A stretch of 64,000 bases of DNA, taken from assembly GCA_964016885.1 (NCBI GenBank), contig OZ024759.1, positions 4,712,001 through 4,776,000 of the forward strand, written 5' to 3'. Both the position numbers and the translations under genes were made by a program. The first letter of the stretch is position 1. Each line of letters opens with the position of its first letter. Under the pieces are notes generated by a model. The model was given only the letters and a program-made list of their open reading frames with translations, did not search any database and was not told the origin of the DNA. The stretch is from Eledone cirrhosa. Lineage: Eukaryota. This document shows, piece by piece, positions 39,501 through 50,898 of this stretch.

Positions 39501-41099
39501 CACCAGCAGGCCACATAGCTATGTAGTGTCTCGTCAGCAGGCCACATAGCTATGGAGTGTCTTGTCGGCAGACCACATAGCTATGCAGTGTCTCACTAGC
39601 AGGCCACATAGCTATGCAGTGTCTCACCAGCAGGCCACATTGCTATGTAGTGTCTCACCAGCAGGCCACATTGCTATGTAGTGTCTCACCAGCAGGCCAC
39701 ATTGCTATGTAGTGTCTTGTCAGCAGGCCACATAGCTATGTAGTGTCTCGTCAACAGGCCACATAGCTATGTAGTGTCTCACCAGCAGGCCACATTGCTA
39801 TGTAGTGTCTCACCAGCAGGCCACATTGCTATGTAGTGTCTCACCAGCAGGCCACATTGCTATGTAGTGTCTTGTCAGCAGGCCACATAGCTATGTAGTG
39901 TCTCGTCAGCAGGCCACATAGCTATGGAGTGTCTTGTCGGCAGGCCACATAGCTATGGAGTGTCTCACCAGCAGGCCACATGGCTATGGAGTATCTCACC
40001 AGCAGGCCACATTGTTACGAAGTGTCTTGTCAGTTGCTCACATTGCAATACAGTGTCTTGTCAGCAGGCCACATAGTTATGGAGTGTCTTGTCAGCAGGC
40101 CACATAGCTATGGAGTGTCTCACCAGCAGGCCACATTGCTATACAGTGTCTTGTCAGCAGGCCACATAGCTATGGAGTGTCTTGTCAGCAGGCCACATAG
40201 CTATGGAGTGTCTCACCAGCAGGCCACATTGCTATACAGTGTCTTGTCAGCAGGCCACATAGCTATACAGTGTTTTGTCAGCAGGCCATATTGCTATGGA
40301 GTGTCTCACCAGCAGGCCACATAGCTATGGAGTGTCTTGTCAGCGGGCCACATAGCTATGGAGTGTTTCACCAGCAGGCCACATAGCTATGCAGTGTCTT
40401 GTCAGCAGGCCACATACAGTGTCTTGTCAGCAGGCCATATTGCTATGCAGTGTCTTGTCAGCAGGCCACATTGCTATAGAGTGTCTTGTCAGCAGGCCAC
40501 ATAGCCATGGAGTGTCTCACCAGCAGGCCACATTGCTATGCAGTGTCTCACCAGCATGCCACATAGCTATGTAGTGTCTTGTAAACAGGCCACATAGCTA
40601 TGCAGTGTCTCACCAGCAGGCCACATAGCTATGCAGTGTCTCACCAGCAGGCCACATTGCTATGCAGTGTCTCACCAGCAGGCCACATTGCTATGTAGTG
40701 TCTCACCAGCAGGCCACATTGCTATGTAGTGTCTCACCAGCAGGCCACATTGCTATGTAGTGTCTTGTCAGCAGGCCATATTGCTATGCAGTTTCTCACC
40801 AGCAGGCCACATAGCTATGTAGTGTCTTGTCAGCAGGCCACATAGCTATGCAGTGTCTCACCAGCAGGCCACATTGCTATGCAGTGTCTCACCAGCAGGC
40901 CACATTGCTATGCAGTGTCTTGTCAGCAGGCCATATTGCTATGTAGTGTCTCACCAGCAGGCCACATAGCTATGTAGTGTCTCGTCAGCAGGCCACATAG
41001 CTATGGAGTGTCTTGTCGGCAGGCCACATAGCTATGCAGTGTCTCACCAGCAGGCCACATAGCTATGCAGTGTCTCACCAGCAGGCCACATAGCTATGG
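36541..41099. repeat. 31-bp satellite (about 145 copies) growing out of a hAT-like left end; 2226-bp higher-order duplication
   Basis: Starts cagaggtcggcatccttttggggcgtgcgggccacattg; unit gcaggccacatagctatggagtgtcttgtca; near-identical ORFs at 37057/39283 and 38163/40389. Confidence 0.9.
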
Positions 41100-43410
41100 A
41101 GGTTAGCCAGGTTAATTTTAAGGCCTTTTGATTCTAGGCCATGTTTGGAATTTCTTCTCTAGCTCGGCCATTGATTCAGCTATGAGCGTTAGATCATCTG
41201 CGTATAGGAGTTCCTATGGGCAGCCGGTCTTGAACTCCTCTGTTATAGCCTGAAGGACAATAATAAATAGTAGGGGGCTAAGAACAGAGCCTTGATGGAC
41301 ACCAACTTTTACGCTAAACTCTTCACTATATTTGTTGTTAATTCTAACCTTACTGACTGTTTCTTTATACATGGCTTGTATAGCTCTCACAAGCCATTCA
41401 TAAACACCGAGTTTTCTAAGAGCCCACCAGATAATGGAATGGGGGACTCTGTCGAAGGCTTTCTCCAAGTCGACAAAAGCTAAGTATAGGGGTTTACTTT
41501 TAGCTAGGTACTTCTCCTGTAGTTGTCGTACAATGAAAAGAGCGTCTGTGGTACTTTTGCCTGACACAAACCCGAACTGCATTTCATCTAGATCAATTCT
41601 CTCTCTGATTAGTTGCGCTATTACTTTTTCTGTGACCTTCATGACCTGGTCGATTAATTTAATGCCTCTATAGTTACTCCTATCTAGGGCATCTCCTTTA
41701 CCCTTGTAACAGTTAATGATGCTGCTGCTACGCCAGTCCTTCGGAACAACCCCATTCTGTACGACTTGGTTTACTATCCGGGTGACCATGGTGTGTCCCA
41801 CCGTTCCAGATGCCTTCAGTATCTCAGCAACTATTTCCGAAGGCCCAGCCGCCTTACCCGTCTTCATATCTTTGATTGCCTTACTTATTATACTACCCTC
41901 GACTAACACTGCTGGTCCCTCTATTGGATCGATGTGGGGGAGACTGTCTTTCTCCCATTTATTCTCCTCATTTAGTAGCCTTTCGTAGTGACACTTCCAA
42001 GCTACCTTCTTATCAGCATCGGTGATGGCAAGTACGCCATCATCATTAAGTACACACTTCTCCCCAACAATATCACGGTTTTCCTTGACACATTGCCTAG
42101 CAATCCTGAACACCTCACGTTTTTGGTCCTCGCATTGTAGTACATGCTTGGACTTTCTTTCCTCTGCTTCCCTTCTTTCGAAGTACACTTGTCTCCTAGC
42201 TTCCCTCCTGGCCACTTGATAGTTTTCTCTACTTCCCCATCCCGCCATACTTTCCAAGCCTGCTTTTTGGCCTTAATTGACCCCTCTACCTTACTGTTCC
42301 ACCACCATGTTACTCTCCTCCTGCCTACAGGCCTGCTCCAGCCACAGACTTCATCTGCCGCCATCAGCAGGTTTGCTTTCAGGAATTCCCACTGTTCCTC
42401 TATATTGTACGACTCTAATTGCTCTTCCTTACTGTCGAAAGCATCAAGTAATATGCTTTTAAATTTATTTCTGGCTGTGGGGTCCTTTAGCTTCCATATT
42501 TTCCTCCTGAGGATAGTCCTCTTCTGCTGTCTAGTACGTCTCGTCCTGACTATTAGGTCGCTAATTATCAGTCTATGTTGGGACGTGCATTCTTCATGGG
42601 GGAGGGATTTAGTGTTTACAACAGACACTCTGTCACGTCTTCTGGTAAGGATATAATCTACCTGGCTTGTGTGTTCCCCCGATCTATAGGTGATCAGGTG
42701 ATTGTCTCGTTTTTTGAAGTTAGTGTTACAGATAGTTAGGTTATTTGCGTCACAGAATTCCAGGATTCTGGAGCCTTCCACATTTCTAGTACCAAACCCA
42801 TAGCCTCCATGGATTCCGTCGTAGCCGTCACAATGTTGTCCAACGTGACCATTTAGGTCGCCTGCAATAATTATATAGTCACTGTCAGATATTTGGGAGG
42901 TAGTTAGCAACAGTGTCTCATAGAATCTGTCTTTTATAGAGCCAGGCAGTCTGGATTGGGGTGCGTACGCAGATATTACTGTCACCGTAGTTCTATTGAG
43001 GACAAGTCTTATTTTAATTATTCTGTCGTTCCCTATATTTACGTCTATTATCTTATCTGCCCACTTTTCTGCTACCATGATTCCTACCCCACCCAGCCTA
43101 TTGTCATTTCCCACCCAGAAAAGCTTATAGCATCGTTTTTTACCCACAATGAATCTAGCAGACCCACCCTCCACCTGGTCTCTTGGATACAGCAAACATC
43201 AACCTCCTTACGTTCAAGCATTTCTACAACCTCGTTGGAGCGACCCTTTAAGGTGCCTACATTCATGGTACCAACTCTGAAGTTTTGGATTGCGTTTGGT
43301 GGGTGGGAGCGGTGGGGCACGGGGGGAGATGGGGTTATGTTAGCCATCCGCGGCCGAAACAAAGAGGAGGAGTGCTCGCATTCTCGTCCACGAGGTGAAT
43401 GAGGTGAATT
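41100..43410 (-). mobile_element. RTE-clade LINE, 5' part (APE plus partial RT), frameshifted, with its 3' end lost at the 31-bp satellite
   Basis: ORF pieces 43084-43362, 42002-43195 and 41214-42257, homologous to the element at 1-2339. Confidence 0.9.
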
Positions 43411-43413
43411 TGT

Positions 43414-43477
<64 letters not shown>

Positions 43478-43484
43478 TCAATAC

Positions 43485-44010
43485 ATAAACAGAGAAAGCC
43501 TTAAGCGATACTCTGACCAACACCATCTCACTCAACAAACATTAGGATATACCTAAGTATTTTCCTAATTTAGTGTTTGGGGTGCTAACAAATCAGTATT
43601 TCGTGGATAGCTGGTTGTATTATTTTATATGAGACATTATTAAATAAATATCTCTTTCCTTCCAGACGGCCGTTTCTTTATAAGATTTCTACAATTTGGG
43701 ATAAATAATTTCCAGGTTATGTAGAAACTTGTATATAATCCATAGTTTTATACACAAGCGGGCTCTTATAAACTCATCAGTGGATGCCCAAATAATATCG
43801 ATATAAGAATTATATCGACATTAATAGATTAGTGATGGTCTCCCTCAGCGCTAAGAAGATCCAGCGCTTAGAAAATCCAGCAGTCCTCTCAAAGATAAAA
43901 TACACGCTGTCCCCAAGAGGGTAAAGGGAGGTCATCTTAAAATAAAACAATATACACGCTGGTCATTTAAACCTGTTAGGTATTAACCACGTGTATAAGA
44001 ACTCAATTGG
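43485..44010 (-). mobile_element. Second, diverged copy of the hammerhead-carrying element
   Basis: Homologous to 3345-3905; (TA)n on both sides. Confidence 0.6.
43661..43784 (-). ncRNA. Type-I hammerhead ribozyme motif with enlarged, branched stem II (homologue of 3604-3725)
   Basis: Minus strand: tcca-CTGATGA-g-tttataaga[...]tcttataaa-GAAA-cggccg-TC-tgga. Confidence 0.75.
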
Positions 44011-44042
44011 ATATTAAAAGAATAACCATATGTATAGACAAT

Positions 44043-44088
<46 letters not shown>

Positions 44089-44336
44089 TATATATATAAA
44101 TAAATCTATAGAGCAAATATTTCTAATATTTCAGATCAGTGGTTGGCGTTGGGAAGGGCATCCAGCCGTAAAAAAACAGTCAGAAACTCTCGTATATGAG
44201 CGAGACATGGTCACCCGACCCAACATGCCTCTAAATGGGACAACCCTGTCTAACCCAAGCTAGCATGGAAGATAGACGTTAATTGATGATGATGATGATG
44301 ATACATATATATATATAGCTACATTACACCACTTAC

Positions 44337-44474
44337 CTGTCTGACAGTTGCTACCTTCATAACCAGCAGTACACCCTCCACTGTAACACACACCTGTCTC
44401 TGTGTTACATTTGCTGTTGTCTGCACAGTGACAATTTCTACTACAGCTGGGACCAAACTTTCCTACAGGACACA
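44337..44474 (-). CDS. EGF-like exon 4 with non-canonical (GG) acceptor
   Basis: CPVGKFGPSCSRNCHCADNSKCNTETGVCYSGGCTAGYEGSNCQT; GTAAGT donor; acceptor reads tttctatGG, with an in-frame TAA just upstream. Confidence 0.7.
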
Positions 44475-44562
44475 CCATAGAAAATATTTAAAATTCACTT
44501 CTAATATTCACTCACTTTTTTCAGGTAACATGTTTGATGTTTGTAAAACCTATGAAGACCTG

Positions 44563-44621
<59 letters not shown>

Positions 44622-44774
44622 TATACATATATATATATATTAACATATATATATATATATATACACATATATATACATATATATATACACATATATATAT
44701 ACATATATACTGAAGTAAAAGTTAAGTGGAAATATCCAAGAGTAAGAGTACTCAGTCCATAGGACGAGTTTAGT

Positions 44775-44952
44775 ATAAATAATTACAACAGTGACATAAA
44801 CAGGTACTCAAGTTTGAATGGGTTCTGGGCCCCAATTTCTTCAGCCTGTCATGAGATGTTTTCCATTTTCCTCATGACAGGCTGAAGAAATTTGGGGCCG
44901 AGAACCCAACGAAACTTGAGTACCTGTTTATGTCACTGTTGTAATTATTTAT
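44775..44952. repeat. Palindromic element with about 80-bp arms
   Basis: ataaataattacaacagtgac...gtcatgag / ctcatgac...gtcactgttgtaattatttat. Confidence 0.85.
44876..44928 (+). ncRNA. Minimal type-I hammerhead motif in a fold-back element
   Basis: gacagg-CTGAAGA-aat-ttggg..cccaa-c-GAAA-cttgag-TA-cctgtt; degenerate inverted twin at about 44799-44850. Confidence 0.6.
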
Positions 44953-45095
44953 ATCTATATACATATATATATATATATATATATTCAAAATTAATTAAAT
45001 TAAATTAAATTAGATTAAGGGAGTCATGTCCAAGACATGCGCCATATCCACCGAAGAATAAGCTCAAAGATTTCAATGAATAGATCCGAGCAGTT

Positions 45096-45425
45096 TATAT
45101 CAACTAGAAATAGATTGACATATATATATATTTAAAATAAACACATGAAACAATCACAGGGGATAATTTGTAAAGTGTGTAATCACACATAGCTAGGTAG
45201 GTAACTAATTAAAGTTTAACTAGAGCTTCAAATATTTCCTTTTTAAAAAAATTAATCATTTTTTTATTATTTTTTAAAAAGGTAATATTTGAAGCTCTAG
45301 TTAAACTTTAATTAGTTACCTACCTAGCTATGTGTGATTACACACTTTACAAATTATCCCCTGTCATTGTTTCATGTGTTTATTTTAAATATATATCTAT
45401 GTCAATCTATTTCTAGTTGATATAT
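45096..45425. repeat. Palindromic element with about 155-bp arms
   Basis: atatcaactagaaatagattgac... / ...gtcaatctatttctagttgatat; nearly perfect, with a short AT loop. Confidence 0.88.
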
Positions 45426-45753
45426 ATATATATCCAGGGAGTGTAACATGAAGTTACTGTAGGTTCACCCAGGTGAGCACTCAATCTTTAGATTCTCGTC
45501 CGTCATTACAACAGCAGAGGTCCGACGACCTTTTGATTCCTCAGTCTGGCTAGATCAATACTGATCAAACTTTGAGCTGAGCAATAGCAAAACGTGCATC
45601 ACCAATCAATAAACGTAATGAAGGCTTAACAAATCGTCATTGTATTATTATTATTATACACACACACACACATAAATATGTATATATAAATATATATATA
45701 TTTATATATATATCACAGAAAAAAAGATAGGAAAATCTGCTTCATAGAATCAA

Positions 45754-45849
45754 GACGTATCTGAGGACCTTGCGATTTTCAAAGTCAGGTTTGATCATCA
45801 CATCGATCGTGCCTCGAGCTGGTCGCCAGAGAAACAATTGTAATATGTC
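45754..45849 (+). ncRNA. Type-I hammerhead ribozyme motif with long stem II
   Basis: gacgtat-CTGAGGA-ccttgcga[...]tcgccaga-GAAA-caattg-TA-atatgtc; 7-bp stem I. Confidence 0.7.
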
Positions 45850-45972
45850 CAATAAATTCCATTCGTCGCAACACTGATTCCCTTTTTTTCTGTGATATCA
45901 TATTCTGCTCTATGAGAGCATTGAGTGCTCAAATGGCCTACCTCATACGGACACTTTAAGCATCCAACACCA

Positions 45973-46008
<36 letters not shown>

Positions 46009-46055
46009 TATATATATACACACCCACACACATATATATATATACACATATGTAT

Positions 46056-46096
<41 letters not shown>

Positions 46097-46099
<3 letters not shown>

Positions 46100-47345
46100 C
46101 ATCATCATCAGGTCGAGCTTGCTCGGCCTTCTACGACACGTTTCCTCCATCCATCTCTGTCTCTCATAGCGTTTGCCAGTTCTTCCACAGTGCATCCAGT
46201 ATCGTCCTCAAGTTGCTTGACGTATGTCTTCTTGGGACGACCAGCGTTTCTTGCTCCAAGAGATGGACTCCATAACAACACATCACCTGCTATTTCTTCC
46301 TTGCTGCGCCAACAGTGGCCAGCAAATCTGAGTATCTGTCCACATATTGACCTCCTGATAGGTGGTATATTGCCATAGAGATCCTTATTTGTTGGGTGTT
46401 CCCTCCAAGACACATTTAAAGCAGCGTGGGGCATACGTGTGTATGCCCCGTCTAGCTTTTTCTCCAGTTTTGACGTTAGCGTCCAAGTGATAGAGCCATA
46501 AACAAGCACAGATTCCACAGCAGCTCTGAAGAAATTCCTTTTCAGTTTGACCAGCAGGTTTGATTTCTATATCTTCTCCATTGCATTCAATGCTCCCCGG
46601 GCTTTTCCCAGTCTGATGTTAACATCATGTTCTGTGGAGATGATATAGCTACCCAGGTATTTGAAGTCGTCAACTTGCTTGATTATATCACCGTTTAGAC
46701 TTCGCATACCAACTGAGGAGTCTTGGTTCAGGCAAATATATTCTGTTTTGCCTGTCTTGACATAGAGTTGGATTTCCTTTGCAACTGATTCGATGCTGTG
46801 AAGTAGTGATGTTGCATCCTTAAGGTAGTCAGCGAGGACCGCTAAATCATCCACATAGTCAGCATCGGTGATTTTCTGAGCTGCATGGCGTCTACACTTT
46901 CGTTTTGTGAGAGTGAAACCAAGCTCTAAGTTTTCGTCCAGGGCTTTTCTCAATACATAGTCGAGGCAGATGATAAAAATGTATGGTGCAAGTGTATCCC
47001 CTTGGAGTACTCCTGCAATGATGTCAAAGAAGTTGGTATCTCCATCAGGTGAGCGCACCATTGCGCAGGTGTTTTTATATAACATCATGATGGCATTTAC
47101 TGTTTCCCTTGGCAAGCCGTAGGCTAGAAGTATCTCTCTCATCCTCCCACGATGGATGGAATCGAATGCTTTTGAAAAGTCAATAAACAGGAGAGTTGCT
47201 GGGAGGTTTGGGCTTTTACACCTTCCAAGATACGCCGAATAGTAAGTATTTGCCCTGATGTTGATCTGTTGGTGCGGAAGCCCTTTTGGTTTTTTCTCAG
47301 CAAGGGGTCAATGACAGGTCTTATTCTGTCAAACAGCATGAGATT
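46097..47345 (-). mobile_element. 5'-truncated RTE-like LINE (different family) with (TGA)n tail
   Basis: GVLQGDTLAPYIF, YVDDL, FKYLGS and RFAGHCWR in ORFs 46567-47142 and 46108-46518. Confidence 0.85.
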
Positions 47346-47449
47346 GTATATCTTTGCGTGTGTGTATATATATACACACACGCACACATATATATGTATA
47401 TACACACACACATATATATATACTGTAATATACATCATAATATACATAC

Positions 47450-47583
47450 CGTGGTGACAGTCAGGTCCCTGGTAACTGGGTTGACAACCTCCACTGGAAC
47501 ACACACCTGTGATGAAGTTGTGGTGACATCAGCACAGTGGCAGGTTTCTTTACAGTTGAGGCCGTAGTTACCTTGACGACACT
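47450..47583 (-). pseudogene. EGF-like exon 3, frameshifted (134 nt)
   Basis: CRQGNYGLNCKETCHCADVT, then a shift to NFITGVCSSGGCQPSYQGPDCHH; 4 nt shorter than its siblings; weak GAG acceptor, GTATGT donor. Confidence 0.75.
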
Positions 47584-47599
47584 CTCAAATATTGGACAT

Positions 47600-47942
47600 T
47601 ATGTACCAACATCACCATCACCACCATCAACATCACCATCACCACCACCATTGTCCTCCTCACCACCACCACCAACATCACCACCATCACCATCACCACC
47701 AACATCACCACCACCATCAACATCACCATCATCACCATCAACATCACCACCATCACCACCATCATCATCACCACCATCATTATCACCATCACCATCATGA
47801 CCACCACCATCAACATTATCACCATCATCACCATCACTACCACCATCATCAGCATCATTCTTATCACCATCACCACCATCACCATTGTCCTCCTCATCAC
47901 CACCACCACCACCACCACCACCATCATCATCACCACCACCAT
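47600..47942. repeat. (CAC/CAT)n microsatellite
   Basis: Direct reading. Confidence 0.9.
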
Positions 47943-47944
47943 CT

Positions 47945-50335
47945 GGGAGATCAAAAATACTGTTGTGGTCCCATTCCATTACTTCACCAATCTTGTAGAC
48001 CCTAAATATTGTAATGGTCACTGTCCCTTCTCTTCCACCAACCTGAGAGACCCTAAATACTGTTGTGGTCCATGTCCCTTCTCTTCCACCAATATGGGAG
48101 TCACTAAATACTGTCATGGTTCCTGTTCCTCCCTCCAGTAATCTTGGAGACCCTAAATACTGTTGTAGTACCTTCCCATTCCTTCCACTAATTTTGGAGA
48201 CCCTAAATATTGCAATGGTTACTGTCCCTTCCTTCCTTTCATTCAATCTAGTGGATCCTAAATACTGTTCTGGTCCCTGTTCCTTCTCTTCCACCAATCA
48301 GTGAGTCCCTAAATACTGTCATGGTTCCTGTCCCTTACTTCTCTTCCACCAATCAGTGAGTCCCTTAATACTGCCGTAGACCCTGTCTCTTCTCTTCCAC
48401 CAATCAGTGAGTCCCTTAATACTGTTGTGGTCCCTGTCTCTTCTCTTCCACCAATCAGTGAGTCCCTTAATACTGTTGTGGTCCCTGTCTCTTCTCTTCC
48501 ACCAATCAGTGAGTCCCTTAATACTGTTGTGGTCCCTGTCTCTTCTCTTCCACCAATCAGTGAGTCCCTTAATACTGTTGTGGTCCCTGTCTCTTCTCTT
48601 CCACCAATCAGTGAGTCCCTAAATACTATCATGGTCCCTGTCTCTTCTCTTCCACCAATCAGTGAGTCCCTAAATACTGTCATGGTCCCTGTCTCTTCTC
48701 TTCCACCAATCAGTGAGTCCCTAAATACTATCATGGTCTCTGTCTCTTCTCTTCCACCAATCAGTGAGTCCCTTAATACTGTCGTGGTCCCTGTCTCTTC
48801 TCTTCTACCAATCAGTGAGTCTCTTAATATTGTCGTGGTCCCTGTCTCTTCTCTTCCACCAATCAGTGAGTCCCTAAATACTGTCGTGGTCCCTGTCTCT
48901 TCTCTTCCACCAATCAGTGAGTCCCTTAATACTGTCGTGGTCCCTGTTTCTTCTCTTCCACCAATCAGTGAGTCCCTAAATACTGTCGTGGTCCCTGTCT
49001 CTTCTCTTCCACCAATCAGTGAGTCCCTTAATACTGTTGTGGTCCCTGTCTCTTCTCTTCCACCAATCAGTGAGTCACTAAATACTGTCGTGGTCCCTGT
49101 CTCTTCTCTTCCACCAATCAGTGAGGCCCTTAATACTGTCGTGGTCCCTGTCTCTTCTCTTCCACCAATCAGTGAGTCCCTAAATACTGTCGTGGTCCCT
49201 GTCTCTTCTCTTCCACCAATCAGTGAGTCCCTTAATACTGTCGTGATCCCTGTCTCTTCTCTTCCACCAATCAGTGAGTCCCTTAATACTGTCGTGGTCC
49301 CTGTCTCTTCTCTTCCACCAATCAGTGAGTCCCTTAATACTGTCGTGGTCCCTGTCTCTTCTCTTCCACCAATCAGTGAGTCACTAAATACTGTCGTGGT
49401 CCCTGACTCTTCTCTTCCACCAATCAGTGAGTCCCTAAATACTATCTTGGTCCTTGTCTCTTCTCTTCCACCAATCAGTGAGTCCCTTAATACTGTTGTG
49501 GTCCCTGTCTCTTCTCTTCCACCAATCAGTGAGTCCCTTAATACTGTCGTGGTCCCTGTCTCTTCTCTTCCACCAATCAGTGAGTCCCTAAATACTATCA
49601 TAGTCCCTGTCACTTCTCTTCCACCAATCAGTGAGTCCCTAAATACTATCATGGTCCCTGTCTCTTCTCTTCCACCAATCAGTGAGACCCTAAATACTGT
49701 CGTGGTCCCTGTCTCTTCTCTTCCACAAATCAGTGAGTCCCTTAATACTGTCGTTGTCCCTGTCTCTTCTCTTCCACCAATCAGTGAGTCCCTTAATACT
49801 GTCGTGGTCCCTGTCTCTTCTCTTCCACCAATCAGTCAGTCCCTTAATACTGTCGTGGTCCCTGTCTCTTCTCTTCCACCAATCAGTGAGTCCCATAATA
49901 CTGTCGTGGTCCCTGTCTCTTCTCTTCCACCAATCAGTGAGTCCCTTAATACTGTCGTGGTCCCTGTCTCTTCTCTTCCACCAATCAGTGAGTCCCTAAA
50001 TACTATCATGGTCCCTGTCTCTTCTCTTCCACCAATCAGTGAGTCCCTAAATACTGTTGAGTTCCCTGTCTCTTCTCTTCCACCATTCAGTGAGTCCCTA
50101 AATACTGTCGTGGTCCCTGTCTCTTCTCTTCCACCAATCAGTGAGTCCCTAAATACTGTCGTGGTCCCTGTCTCTTCTCTTCCACCAATCAGTGAGTCCC
50201 TAAATACTGTCGTGGTCCCTGTCTCTTCTCTTCCACCAATCAGTGAGTCCCTAAATACTATCATGGTCCCTGTCTCTTCTCTTCCACCAATCAGTGAGTC
50301 CCTAAATACTATCATGGTCCCTGTCCCTTCCCTCT
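47945..50335. repeat. 51-bp minisatellite, about 45 copies, with a diverged left edge
   Basis: Unit ccaccaatcagtgagtccctaaatactgtcgtggtccctgtctcttctctt. Confidence 0.92.
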
Positions 50336-50362
50336 CTAAAGGGTAAACAGATAAAAACTTAC

Positions 50363-50500
50363 TTGACTGGCAGCTGTGTCCCCTGTAAGCAGGTGAGCAC
50401 CTTCCATTGATGCAGATACCATTGTCAGAGTAACATTTGCCATTATTCAGACAGTGGCACTTCTTAACACAGTTGACACCAAACATGCCATGGGCACATC
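50363..50500 (-). CDS. EGF-like exon 2 (138 nt)
   Basis: ttctcag acceptor, GTAAGT donor; CAHGMFGVNCVKKCHCLNNGKCYSDNGICINGRCSPAYRGHSCQS. Confidence 0.88.
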
Positions 50501-50528
50501 CTGAGAAAACAACTTCAATATGTAATTA

Positions 50529-50898
50529 CTGTATCTCCTGACGCCGAAGACACTTCGTCCTCGAGGACACACCCTAATTCTGACAACCAAAAATTTGAAA
50601 AAAAATAATTGTTTCTACTTTTGGCACAAGGCCAGCAATTATCCCAGTGTATTACTGGTACTTTATTTTATCCACCCCGTAAGGATGAAAGGCCAAGTTA
50701 ACCTCGGCGGGATTTGAACTCAGAATGGCAAGTGCTGTAACTCTATGCGTCAAAGCATGGCGTCCGACCCTCTACCGATACTGCCAATTCACCGCCCTTT
50801 GAAGAAAAATAATAAACAACTTTCGGCCTCCAGGATGCATGGTAGATTTTTGAGACTTATTTTAGTAAAAGTAGCGTCTTTGACGCCGGGAAATACGG
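50529..50898. mobile_element. pogo/Tigger-like MITE with a nested SINE
   Basis: Imperfect TIRs ctgtatctcctgacgccgaagac / gtctttgacgccgggaaatacgg. Confidence 0.55.

Noticed and set aside
25170-41099. CRISPR-like regular arrays
   Set aside because: Head-to-tail repeats without unique spacers, no cas genes, eukaryotic context
44520-44565. Another possible hammerhead (cagg/cctg stem, palindromic aacatgtt)
   Set aside because: Lacks the CUGANGA and GAAA core
48427-50346. 639-aa and 447-aa ORFs on opposite strands
   Set aside because: By-product of a stop-free 51-bp (17-codon) minisatellite in an intron; no splice or start context
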